Shown one piece after another: positions 19,714 to 29,074 of a stretch of 64,000 nt of DNA. Below the pieces are notes generated by a model, which was not told where the DNA came from, did no database searches, and was given only the letters and a program-made list of their open reading frames with translations. Where the stretch lies: NCBI GenBank assembly GCA_902517885.1, contig CABYDZ010000001.1, positions 132,158-196,157 of the forward strand, given 5' to 3'. Position 1 is the stretch's first letter; each line of letters starts with the position of its first letter. The DNA comes from an uncultured Pelagibacteraceae bacterium. Its GTDB lineage: Bacteria; Pseudomonadota; Alphaproteobacteria; Pelagibacterales; AG-422-B15. A program made the translations under genes and the position numbers.

Positions 19714-20401
19714 ATATTTTGACTTTTTTTAATTTACTTCTCTCTAACGATCCTAATTTATAAGCTCCATAAGATATTCGGATGAGCCGAGTAACAGTTA
19801 TATTTAATGACTCGAAGATATTTCTTATTTCTCTATTCTTACCCTCGAGCAATGACATTTTAATCCAAGAGTAAGTCTTAGTCTTGCTAATGAGGCTTAC
19901 TTTTATAGGCTTATACTTAATATGTTTTATTCTAAGTCCTTTTGATAATCTATCTATGAAATTTTTATCAATAAATCCTTGTACTCTTACCTTGTACACT
20001 CTTTCAAAATTATTTTTGGGTAATTCCATTTTTCTTTTAAATTCTCCGTTATCAGTAAATAGTAATAAACCCTCAGTGTTATAATCTAATCTTCCAATTG
20101 ATAATAAATTTTTTTGTTTAGGTCCTAAAAAATCATAAACCGTTTTTCTATTTTTATCATCAGATTTGGTAACTAAGCATCCTCTAGGTTTATGAAAAAT
20201 ATAAAGTGAATTTAGTTCAGTAATTTTCTTAATTTTAATTATAGTTTCATCAATGCTAATTTTATTACTTGGAGAAACTTTTATTCCTTGTGTAGTCAGT
20301 AATTTCCCGTCTACTTTAATACGACCTTCCATAATGAATTTATCAATCTCTCTTCGAGAAAAATCAGTTGATCTTGCGAGAACTTTATTTATTCTTTCCA
20401 T
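19700..20401 (-). CDS. pseudouridine synthase, RsuA/RluB family (S4 domain plus catalytic domain)
   Basis: 233 aa with an N-terminal S4-like RINKVLARS...SRREIDKFI..GRIKVDG and the catalytic motif GRLDYNTEGLLLFTDNGE. Confidence 0.87.
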   Translation of the reverse strand: MERINKVLARSTDFSRREIDKFIMEGRIKVDGKLLTTQGIKVSPSNKISIDETIIKIKKITELNSLYIFHKPRGCLVTKSDDKNRKTVYDFLGPKQKNLLSIGRLDYNTEGLLLFTDNGEFKRKMELPKNNFERVYKVRVQGFIDKNFIDRLSKGLRIKHIKYKPIKVSLISKTKTYSWIKMSLLEGKNREIRNIFESLNITVTRLIRISYGAYKLGSLERSKLKKVKIYENN

Positions 20402-20450
20402 TATTATTGTTTAGTTTTTTGAGCAATATTTAAGTTACAATTAAATATTT

Positions 20451-20903
20451 ATGACACAAAATACATTTATGGAACAGGCAATAATAAATGCTTACAAAGG
20501 ACTAGATTTGGGAGAGGTACCAGTCGGTTGTGTGATTGTGAATCAAGATAATAAGATAATCTCCCAATCATATAATAAAGTTATAGCGGATAACGATCCC
20601 ACTGCTCATGCTGAGATTAACGCTATAAGGCTAGCATGTGCTTCCTTAAAATCTGAGCGTTTAATCGATTGTAGTATTTATGTTACTTTAGAGCCTTGTA
20701 TAATGTGTGCCGCCGCAATATCGAAATCTAAGTTAAAAAGACTATATTATGGAGCAGATGATATGAATTTTGGTTCTATCAACGGTGGATTTAATTTTTT
20801 TCAAACAAAAAATTGCAATCATGTGCCAGAGACTTATGATAGTATTTCAAAAATTCAATGTGAGAATTTAATAAACGATTTTTTTAAAGGTAAAAGACCA
20901 TGA
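20451..20903 (+). CDS. tadA: tRNA adenosine(34) deaminase
   Basis: 150 aa with HAEINAI and [12 protein letters not shown] (HAE...PCxxC deaminase zinc site). Confidence 0.9.
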   Translation: MTQNTFMEQAIINAYKGLDLGEVPVGCVIVNQDNKIISQSYNKVIADNDPTAHAEINAIRLACASLKSERLIDCSIYVTLEPCIMCAAAISKSKLKRLYYGADDMNFGSINGGFNFFQTKNCNHVPETYDSISKIQCENLINDFFKGKRP

Positions 20904-22105
20904 CAATTTCAGCTAAGGCACAGCAAACAACAGATCGACTAAACACATTTATGGAAAAAAACGTGTATCCAAATAATGATACATATCATAAGCAAATTGA
21001 AGACTTCGGAAATGATCGCTGGCAGGTTGTCCCTATAGTTGAAGATTTAAAAAAAGAAGCAAAAAAAGAGGACCTCTGGAACTTGTTTTTACCAGACAGC
21101 GATTTAGGACATGGACTTTCAAATGCTGAATATGCTCCCATGTGTGAAATAATGGGAAGAGCTATGTGGTCTGCAGAAGTATTTAACTGCTCTGCGCCTG
21201 ATACAGGTAATATGGAGGTTCTAGTCAGATACGGAACTGATGAACAGAAAGATAAATATCTTAAACCACTTCTTAATGGCGAAATTCGATCTGCATTTGC
21301 AATGACAGAACCAGCCGTTGCATCTTCAGATGCAACCAATATTGAAAGTGAGATAAAAAAAGAGGGTAATCAATATGTCTTAAATGGAACAAAATGGTGG
21401 ACGTCGGGAGCAATGGATCCAAGATGCCAGTTTTACATTTTTATGGGCAAAACTGATCCTGAGAATGAGAATATTCATAAACAACAGTCCATGATTTTAG
21501 TGGATAAGGATACACCAGGTATTAAAATAAAAAGACATTTACCAGTTTTTGGATTTGACGATGCTCCACACGGGCATGCGGAGGTAGAGTTCAAGGACGT
21601 AAAGGTGCCACCTGAAAATATGTTGTTAGGAGAGGGTAGAGGATTTGAAATCGCTCAAGGCAGACTTGGTCCGGGACGAATTCATCATTGCATGAGAACA
21701 ATCGGACTTGCGGAAGTTGCGCTGGAGGCCATGTGCAAACGATTGATGAGCCGTAAAGCTTTTGGAAAAGAGGTAGTTAGGCATTCTGTGTGGCAAGAAA
21801 GAATTGCAGATGCTCGAATTAATATTGAGATGACAAGACTTTTGACGCTTAAAGCAGCATCAATGATGGATGAGGTAGGTAATAAAGTTGCTAAAAATGA
21901 GATAGCTATGATTAAGGTTGCAGCACCCAATATGGCACTTAAGATAATAGATGATGCAATCCAAGCCTTTGGAGGCGCAGGAGTCACTACAGATCCAAGA
22001 TTAGCCCAAGCTTATGCCGGCATGAGAACGCTGCGTTTAGCAGATGGGCCAGATGAAGTTCATAGACTCTCAATCGCTAGAAATGAATTAAAAAAATATC
22101 TCTAA
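20900..22105 (+). CDS. acyl-CoA dehydrogenase, ACAD10/ACAD11-like subfamily
   Basis: 401 aa with [43 protein letters not shown], and [18 protein letters not shown]. This is how I remember the ACAD10/11 C-terminal domain. Confidence 0.85.
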   Translation: MTISAKAQQTTDRLNTFMEKNVYPNNDTYHKQIEDFGNDRWQVVPIVEDLKKEAKKEDLWNLFLPDSDLGHGLSNAEYAPMCEIMGRAMWSAEVFNCSAPDTGNMEVLVRYGTDEQKDKYLKPLLNGEIRSAFAMTEPAVASSDATNIESEIKKEGNQYVLNGTKWWTSGAMDPRCQFYIFMGKTDPENENIHKQQSMILVDKDTPGIKIKRHLPVFGFDDAPHGHAEVEFKDVKVPPENMLLGEGRGFEIAQGRLGPGRIHHCMRTIGLAEVALEAMCKRLMSRKAFGKEVVRHSVWQERIADARINIEMTRLLTLKAASMMDEVGNKVAKNEIAMIKVAAPNMALKIIDDAIQAFGGAGVTTDPRLAQAYAGMRTLRLADGPDEVHRLSIARNELKKYL

Positions 22106-22107
22106 AA

Positions 22108-22275
22108 TTGATAAAAAAAAAGAAGACATTCCAAAAAGACAAGTATGGACGTTACATAAAGTCTAAAGAGTTTGATGTATACTGGGATGAATACCATGAG
22201 CTTGAGGATATCTCGATGAAAGAGTCAGTTAGACAAAAAATTGAAAGAACAAAAAAAATCGAAACTAAAGAATAG
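22108..22275 (+). CDS. possible unannotated small protein (55 aa, TTG start) or -1 frameshift extension of the preceding ACAD
   Basis: The frame is open from 22087 to TAG at 22273-22275, inside the 159-nt gap. The translation is (M)IKKKKTFQKDKYGRYIKSKEFDVYWDEYHELEDISMKESVRQKIERTKKIETKE*. There is no ATG near the 5' end. Confidence 0.3.
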   Translation: MIKKKKTFQKDKYGRYIKSKEFDVYWDEYHELEDISMKESVRQKIERTKKIETKE

Positions 22276-23509
22276 TATCTAAAAAATCTATTAGTCTATT
22301 TACTTCCTCAATATTATTATAATGAACCATTGAAACTCTAACCACACCATCATTTGGTTCAATTCCTAATCCCTTCAAACACCTCCATGCATAAAACTCA
22401 CCATTGCGAATTCCAATTTGGTTTTTACCTGCAGCTTTTGCAATTTCTAGTGAACTTTTGTCTTTCACAGTAAATGAGACAGTAGGCATTCGTTCACTTC
22501 TAGAGTGAGAAGTTTTGCCAATTAATCTTACATTTTTTTTGAGCTTTAAAAATTCAATAAGTGTTTTGATTAGTGTTTCTTCGTGGTTATAAATTAGCTC
22601 AAAAACTTTTTTTCCTTTTTCATGAAGGTTCAATCCTTGTTCTGTAAAATGATGACTGTAAAGTGTTTCATAGTAGTCAGTGACTCCAGATAAGCATGCC
22701 AATTCCTCATGGTTTGGGCCGCCTGGGTTCATTGTGTACGGTATCTCTGATGCTAGAAATTCGTGATTCAAGTTTTTAGTTTGATCAAGAAGTTCTTTTT
22801 TTCCATATAAAAGGGCTAAATGTGGACCATAAGTTTTGTATAGACTGAACCCATAGAAATCTATGTCTAATTCTTTTAGATCAATAATATCATGTGCCAT
22901 GTACGCTACTCCATCACCAACTACTTTTATGTCATGACTATGAGCTATTGAGATTATTTCTTTTAAGTTATTTATTGAAGCCACAACATTTGATGTATGA
23001 CAGACACAAATAAATTTAGTTCTTTTTGTTATTAAATTTTTTAAATCTTCAACTTCAAGTTCAGCACTTTTTGGATTAAACTTCCATTCCTTAATATTAA
23101 TTCCTTTTTCCGCAAGTTTCCTCCACGACCCAATATTTGCCTCATGGTCTTGATTGGTTACAATTATTTCATCATCAGTTTTAAGCCAATCTTTAATTGC
23201 ATTAGACAGCAAAAACATATTCATGGTCGTTGATGGACCTATAATAAATTCATTTTTTGAAATATTTAATAGTTCTGCAATTTTCTCTAAGCTGTTATCC
23301 ATTTCATTTCCTGCTTCTATTGATGGACCAAAGTCACCATAAGGTTGAACTTTCTTAGTAATCATAAAATCATTAAGTTTTTCAATTACATGCTTAGGAA
23401 CATATGTACCCCCTGCATTTTCAAAGAATGCAAAATCAGCAGTTTTGGGATTTTGAAAAACAGGAAATTGTTTTCTCACAAATTCTATATCTAGTATATT
23501 TCTACTCAA
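22265..23509 (-). CDS. aminotransferase class V-fold PLP-dependent enzyme (cysteine desulfurase / Moco-sulfurase-like)
   Basis: 414 aa with NAGGTYVP, TNQDHEAN, and a putative PLP-lysine context FSLYKTYGPH. Confidence 0.78.
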   Translation of the reverse strand: MSRNILDIEFVRKQFPVFQNPKTADFAFFENAGGTYVPKHVIEKLNDFMITKKVQPYGDFGPSIEAGNEMDNSLEKIAELLNISKNEFIIGPSTTMNMFLLSNAIKDWLKTDDEIIVTNQDHEANIGSWRKLAEKGINIKEWKFNPKSAELEVEDLKNLITKRTKFICVCHTSNVVASINNLKEIISIAHSHDIKVVGDGVAYMAHDIIDLKELDIDFYGFSLYKTYGPHLALLYGKKELLDQTKNLNHEFLASEIPYTMNPGGPNHEELACLSGVTDYYETLYSHHFTEQGLNLHEKGKKVFELIYNHEETLIKTLIEFLKLKKNVRLIGKTSHSRSERMPTVSFTVKDKSSLEIAKAAGKNQIGIRNGEFYAWRCLKGLGIEPNDGVVRVSMVHYNNIEEVNRLIDFLDTIL

Positions 23510-23510
23510 A

Positions 23511-24575
23511 TTATTTAATTCCTTCTACAATACTCCAACCGAGCTTACCTAATATTGGAACAAAAGCTTCATAATTTTTAGCCTCTGAGCTTGAAGCAGT
23601 TCCATCTCTTACACGACCCACTATGCCTTGAGCTATTCCTGCAAGTCTAAATATATTATATGCCATATAGAAATCCCAATTATCTATTTTTTCTCTTCCT
23701 GTTTTTTTGTAATAAAGTTCAGCATACTCATTTTCTGAGGGAATATTGAGTGATTTAAGATCCGATCCCATCATTCCTAATCCCTTTGCGCCTGCTGGCA
23801 ATCTCCATGACATCATATGATAAGTAAAATCTGCTATCGGATTTCCTAAAGTAGATAATTCCCAGTCTAATATTGCTTTTACTTCATGAGTTATAGGGTC
23901 GAATATCATATTGTCCAACCTGAAATCCCCATGAACGATCGTGGTCTCTTGATCAGAAGGTATATTTTTAGGTAACCATTCTATCAATTCATTAATCTCA
24001 GGTATCATTTGTGTTTCAGAATCTTTGTACTGTTTTGTCCATCTATGAATTTGTCTGTCCATATAATTTTCATGTTTACCGTAATCAGCTAGATTAACTT
24101 TATCAAAATCAACGTTATGTAACTTCGCAATAGTATCATTCATGGATAAGTAAATTTCCCTTCTTTGATTTGGATCGCATCCTGGAAGAAGAAGTTCCCA
24201 ATAAATGTTACCTATGACATGATCCATAATAAAAAAAGATGTACCAATTACTGTTTCATCATCGCAATAACCAAATGTTTCGGGAACAGGAACATCAGTA
24301 TCATGAAGAGCTGTCATTACCCTGCATTCTCTATCAACTGCATGAGCGGATTTAAGAAGTTTACCTGGAGGCTTTCTTCTAAGTACAAAATTATTAATAT
24401 TTGTTTCAACCAGATAAGTTGGATTTGACTGTCCACCTTTAAATTGTGTTATGTCGCTTATCTGAATATTATTACCCATAAGTTTTTTTAGATAATCATT
24501 TAAAGATTCTTTATCTATTTTGAGTTTATCATCAACTTGTTTTGTGCCTGAAAATATTTCATTTCTATCAGTCAT
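23511..24575 (-). CDS. phosphotransferase (APH-like kinase) family protein, ACAD10/11 N-terminal-domain-like
   Basis: 354 aa with GGQSNPTY, IVHGDFRLDNMIF (HGDxxxxN), and ILDWELSTLGNP. Confidence 0.82.
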   Translation of the reverse strand: MTDRNEIFSGTKQVDDKLKIDKESLNDYLKKLMGNNIQISDITQFKGGQSNPTYLVETNINNFVLRRKPPGKLLKSAHAVDRECRVMTALHDTDVPVPETFGYCDDETVIGTSFFIMDHVIGNIYWELLLPGCDPNQRREIYLSMNDTIAKLHNVDFDKVNLADYGKHENYMDRQIHRWTKQYKDSETQMIPEINELIEWLPKNIPSDQETTIVHGDFRLDNMIFDPITHEVKAILDWELSTLGNPIADFTYHMMSWRLPAGAKGLGMMGSDLKSLNIPSENEYAELYYKKTGREKIDNWDFYMAYNIFRLAGIAQGIVGRVRDGTASSSEAKNYEAFVPILGKLGWSIVEGIK

Positions 24576-25834
24576 TTTAAAGCTTTCTTTCCAATGTCTT
24601 TTCTATAGTACCCCTCAGGCCAGTCTATCGAGTGAATTGAATCGTAGATTTTCTTCAATGCCTCACTAAGTGATGCATTTTTTGAAGTTACAGAGAGAAC
24701 TCTTCCACCTGTAGCAATTATTTTTTTATCTTTAATAGCTGTTGCAGCGTGAAATACCTGAAAAGTGTCAGTATTTTCTAACTTATCTATTCCGTTAATT
24801 ACAGTTTCTTTCTCAAATGATCCTGGGTATCCATTCGATGCCATTACAACTGTTGCACAATGATCATCTTCCCATTTTAATTCAAAGTCATGTAAATCTT
24901 TATCGATACAGCTAAGCATAAGTTGAACTATATCACTTTTCATTCTTAGCATTAAAACTTGGCATTCAGGATCTCCAAATCTAATATTATACTCAACAAG
25001 TTTTGCCTTCCCATTTTTAATCATTAGCCCTGCATACAAAATACCTTGATATGGATGACCTAACTCTCTCATGGCATTTAGTGTGGGATATATAATTTCA
25101 TCATCGACTTGTTTTTTAATCTCATCTGTAAAGATAGGAGCAGGTGAGTAGGCTCCCATTCCACCTGTGTTAGGACCAGTATCATTTTCTCCTATGCGTT
25201 TATGGTCTTGAGCACTTTCAAGAGAAATAAACTCAGTACCATCAGTGCATACAAAGTAACTCGCTTCTTCACCTTCCATAAATTCTTCAATGACTGCGGT
25301 CATATTTATTCCAAATTTATTTTCAAAAATTTCCTTCAGAGCTTTTTCAGCCATTTCAAAACTATCTGCGACTGTCACTCCTTTTCCGGCAGCTAATCCA
25401 TTTGCTTTTACTACAATTGGCAAACTTTGTTTTTTTAAGTATTTGACTGCGTCTTCGTAGTTATCAAAAGTAGAATAGGCAGCTGTTGGAATAGAATAAT
25501 TTTTGCAAAGATCTTTCATAAAGCTCTTTGATCCTTCAAGTTGGGATGCGTATTTATTTGGACCAAATATTTTAATATTTTTTGATACAAAATAATCCAC
25601 TATTCCCGCAACTAATGGAACCTCAGGTCCAACTACAATTAAATCAATAAATTTTTCGACACAATATGAATGAATAGAGTTAAAATCATCAAGATCTAAA
25701 TCTTTACATTCTGCTAGTAGACTTATTCCATAATTCCCAGGAGCACAAAATAGTGATGTAGCCAAAGGACTTCTTGATATTGCATAGCATAGAGAATGCT
25801 CCCTAGCTCCATTTCCAAGTACAAGAATTTTCAT
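24572..25834 (-). CDS. purD: phosphoribosylamine--glycine ligase
   Basis: 420 aa with MKILVLGNGAREH, ATP-grasp motifs, TGPNTGGMGAYSP, and EYNIRFGDPE. Confidence 0.96.
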   Translation of the reverse strand: MKILVLGNGAREHSLCYAISRSPLATSLFCAPGNYGISLLAECKDLDLDDFNSIHSYCVEKFIDLIVVGPEVPLVAGIVDYFVSKNIKIFGPNKYASQLEGSKSFMKDLCKNYSIPTAAYSTFDNYEDAVKYLKKQSLPIVVKANGLAAGKGVTVADSFEMAEKALKEIFENKFGINMTAVIEEFMEGEEASYFVCTDGTEFISLESAQDHKRIGENDTGPNTGGMGAYSPAPIFTDEIKKQVDDEIIYPTLNAMRELGHPYQGILYAGLMIKNGKAKLVEYNIRFGDPECQVLMLRMKSDIVQLMLSCIDKDLHDFELKWEDDHCATVVMASNGYPGSFEKETVINGIDKLENTDTFQVFHAATAIKDKKIIATGGRVLSVTSKNASLSEALKKIYDSIHSIDWPEGYYRKDIGKKALK

Positions 25835-25885
25835 AAAGTAAAATTTAAATTAATTGATATATTAGCATATAAGGAATTAAATTAA

Positions 25886-27187
25886 ATGGTTAGAGAAAAT
25901 ATCCAAGAGTACTCAGTTTCAGAAATTTCAGACTCTATAAAGGGAACTCTTGAAAACAGTTTTGGCTACGTAAAAGTTAGAGGGGAAGTCTCGGGTTTAA
26001 GTAAGCCAGCGTCAGGCCACATATATTTAAATTTAAAAGATGATAAGGCCGTTATAAAAGCAATAATCTGGCGAAGTGCAGCAGCAAGAATTAGTTTTGT
26101 ACCCGAAGATGGATTAGAAGTTATTTGTTCAGGTAAGCTCACAACGGGATATTCTGATCGATACCCGGGGAGATCAGATTATTCAATTATAGTTGATTCA
26201 ATAACTCCTGCAGGAGAGGGAGCTTTAATGGCTCTTTTAGAGCAACGTAAGAAAAAGCTTGTGGCTGAGGGTTTATTTGATGAGCAAAATAAGAAAAGTC
26301 TACCAAAGTATCCTGAAACGATTGGTATAGTCACATCTCCAACAGGTGCAGTTATAAAAGATATACTTCATAGATTAAATGAGAGGTTTCCATGCAATGT
26401 CATTCTATGGCCTGTTCCAGTTCAGGGCCAAGATGCGGCTCAGTTAATTTCTGATGCAGTAGATGGATTTAATAATTTATCGAGTAAAGACGAAGTAAAT
26501 ATACCAAACCTTATTATCATAGCACGTGGTGGGGGCAGTATAGAGGACCTTTGGCCTTTCAATGAAGAAATTGTAATCAGGTCTGTCTTCAAAAGTAATA
26601 TTCCTATTGTATCTGCAATTGGTCATGAAACAGATACCACACTAATTGATTTTGTTTCTGACTTAAGAGCACCAACGCCTACAGCTGCAGCAGAAATTTC
26701 TACCCCAGATAAAGAAGAACTTTTGAGGGACATCAGTGAAAAAAATAATCGTCTAAATTATTCAATAAATTTATACCTTGATAATCTTAAAGATAATTTC
26801 ATTTCAATAAAAGATAAATTGCCTGTTTCACTAAAACTTTTTCTAAATAATCTTACTTCTCATTTTCAAAATATTTCTCAATCACTTAATTTTCGTGTTA
26901 TCGGTGAGCAATTAAAGAGCAGTAAAGTAAAACTCATTTCTTTAGAGGAGTCTCTATTGAAAGCAAAAAATATTTTGGTAGAGAGGCTTCAAAAAGAATT
27001 AGATAATAAAAGTACACTCCTTGAAAGCTTGAGTTATAAATCTGTTTTAAAAAGAGGGTACTCAGTTACAAGGATTTCAAATAAAATAATCAAATCAAAA
27101 AAAGATTTAAAAGATGAAAGTGAGTTGATCATAGAAACTAATTTTGCTACTTTAAAAGCCAAACTTAGAGAAATTAATGACAAATAG
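25886..27187 (+). CDS. xseA: exodeoxyribonuclease VII large subunit
   Basis: 433 aa with V.GE.S......SGH.YL.LKD, IARGGGSIEDLW.FN, and SAIGHETD. Confidence 0.93.
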   Translation: MVRENIQEYSVSEISDSIKGTLENSFGYVKVRGEVSGLSKPASGHIYLNLKDDKAVIKAIIWRSAAARISFVPEDGLEVICSGKLTTGYSDRYPGRSDYSIIVDSITPAGEGALMALLEQRKKKLVAEGLFDEQNKKSLPKYPETIGIVTSPTGAVIKDILHRLNERFPCNVILWPVPVQGQDAAQLISDAVDGFNNLSSKDEVNIPNLIIIARGGGSIEDLWPFNEEIVIRSVFKSNIPIVSAIGHETDTTLIDFVSDLRAPTPTAAAEISTPDKEELLRDISEKNNRLNYSINLYLDNLKDNFISIKDKLPVSLKLFLNNLTSHFQNISQSLNFRVIGEQLKSSKVKLISLEESLLKAKNILVERLQKELDNKSTLLESLSYKSVLKRGYSVTRISNKIIKSKKDLKDESELIIETNFATLKAKLREINDK

Positions 27188-27389
27188 TTTTACTACGAAG
27201 GCAGAAATAAGATTGCATCATGGCCAGTTTCAAATAATAAAGTCTGGGGATTATGTAGAATGCTCAATCACAAAAGAGAAGATCTCACTTGATAATTTGA
27301 AGTATTGGAACGTTGATTTACAGGAAATTTATGCAAATCCAAAAGTTGCACTAAGGAGATACAAGGAGATAAATGAAAATAAAGATTAA
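27177..27389 (+). CDS. DUF2093-like small protein
   Basis: 70 aa containing GDYVECSITKEKISLDNLKYWNVDLQEIYANP. Its position right after xseA is as in other alphaproteobacteria. Confidence 0.62.
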   Translation: MTNSFTTKAEIRLHHGQFQIIKSGDYVECSITKEKISLDNLKYWNVDLQEIYANPKVALRRYKEINENKD

Positions 27390-28173
27390 ATTAATAGCAA
27401 TCTTTTTTTTTATTTTTCAACCAGCCATAGCAGCTGATTTACCCAAAGAAATACCTCAAGGAAGCCTGGTTATCGGCCAGTCATTAGATGCAGATGAAAT
27501 TATAGTAGATAATAATTCTATAAAAGTTAGCGAAAAAGGTCACTTTGTATTTGCAGTCGGCAGGGACCATGTGGAACCTATAAGTGTGACATATTTAAAA
27601 AATGGATCATTAATTAAAATGCATCAAATAAATATAATAAAACAAGACTACGACATACAAAGGATTGACGGTTTACCAGAACAAATGGTTACACCACTTG
27701 ATGATGAAATAATCGAAAGAATAATTTATGAAAATGATTTGATAAAAGAAAAGAAAAAAATCAACTTAGACCTTACTTATTTTAAAGATAGTTTTATTCA
27801 ACCAACAGAAGGAATTATCAGTGGTGTTTTTGGTAGTCAAAGAATATTAAATGGAAAAGCTAAAAGTCCACATCGTGGTTTAGATATTGCGGCTGAAACT
27901 GGAACCCCAATTTATGCCTGCAATGAAGGACTTGTTATACATGCCGAAGATGATCTTTATTATACAGGTGGAACCATAATTCTTGATCATGGGCATGGGG
28001 TAAAATCAATTTATGCTCATTTATCTAATGTAAAAGTAACAGTAAATCAAACAGTATCAAAGGATGATATTATTGGTGAAGTAGGTTCTACAGGAAGATC
28101 AACCGGCCCTCACCTTCACTGGGGAGTAATGGTGTTTAATACCTATGTAGACCCACAATTGCTTTTAGATTAA
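27373..28173 (+). CDS. M23-family metallopeptidase (secreted)
   Basis: 266 aa with a signal peptide ...FQPAIA, then HRGLDIAA, ILDHGHG, and STGPHLHW. Confidence 0.88.
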   Translation: MKIKIKLIAIFFFIFQPAIAADLPKEIPQGSLVIGQSLDADEIIVDNNSIKVSEKGHFVFAVGRDHVEPISVTYLKNGSLIKMHQINIIKQDYDIQRIDGLPEQMVTPLDDEIIERIIYENDLIKEKKKINLDLTYFKDSFIQPTEGIISGVFGSQRILNGKAKSPHRGLDIAAETGTPIYACNEGLVIHAEDDLYYTGGTIILDHGHGVKSIYAHLSNVKVTVNQTVSKDDIIGEVGSTGRSTGPHLHWGVMVFNTYVDPQLLLD

Positions 28174-28194
28174 TTTTTCTAAAAAAAAATAGAC

Positions 28195-29070
28195 TCATAT
28201 TTTCCATCTATTGTGGAACCAAAAATATTGTTCAGGGTACTTAGCAATCATTTTTTGATAAAATGAGGATATTTGAGATGAAATTTTATTAATGTTTTCT
28301 TCATTACTTTCTTTATCTTTTGTATCAATGCACTCAATAACCTCAAATTTAAAATTATTATCATTTGTTCGTATTGGCCAGGCTAAAAATATTTTACATT
28401 TTGCTTTCAAAGCAATTTGAGCAGGAAGTGTCGAGATATTCATTTCCTTATTAAAAAATTTAACCTTTGTTCCTGAAGATAATTGTTGATCTGCCAAGAG
28501 GGCAATAGAGCTTCCTTTATTGAATTGATTTAATAGCTGTCTCGTCCCTGATCTGTTTTTACTATAGCATTGAACGCTATATTTGTGTCTTAGTTGTTTT
28601 ACAACAAAATTTATCAGAGGATTATTTGGTTCTCTTACTATCGCTGAGACCCTATTCATCTTACTTCGTAGAGCCATTCCAGGTATTTCCCAATTTGAAC
28701 TATGACCTGAAACAATTACACTATGTTCATTTTCATTAAATACATCATCTGAGAATTCATTATTAATCACTTCAATCTTGCTCTTGAGTATACTGTTCAT
28801 ATGGGCATATTCTGAGACCGTATAGCCAAGATTCTTCCAAACTCTATTAGCTGCATCATTAATCCACTTTTTATCTTTGTCATGAAATGCAATAGATAAA
28901 TTTTTTATTAAAAGATTATGTATTGGAAGAAATGGTCCAACAGAAGTAGTAATTAATATTCCAAGAGCACGTGACATTCTCAGAGGTAGAATTTTAAAGA
29001 CAGTAAAGAAGAAAATAAAAAATAAAAACTCCAGTGGGTACTTTACCAAGATCTTGAATAATGATTTCAT
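28195..29070 (-). CDS. lipid A biosynthesis (lauroyl/late) acyltransferase family protein
   Basis: 291 aa with an N-terminal TM segment and SGHSSNWE (the HxxxxE/D acyltransferase motif). It lies in the lpxK-waaA cluster. Confidence 0.75.
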   Translation of the reverse strand: MKSLFKILVKYPLEFLFFIFFFTVFKILPLRMSRALGILITTSVGPFLPIHNLLIKNLSIAFHDKDKKWINDAANRVWKNLGYTVSEYAHMNSILKSKIEVINNEFSDDVFNENEHSVIVSGHSSNWEIPGMALRSKMNRVSAIVREPNNPLINFVVKQLRHKYSVQCYSKNRSGTRQLLNQFNKGSSIALLADQQLSSGTKVKFFNKEMNISTLPAQIALKAKCKIFLAWPIRTNDNNFKFEVIECIDTKDKESNEENINKISSQISSFYQKMIAKYPEQYFWFHNRWKI

Positions 29071-29074
29071 TATT

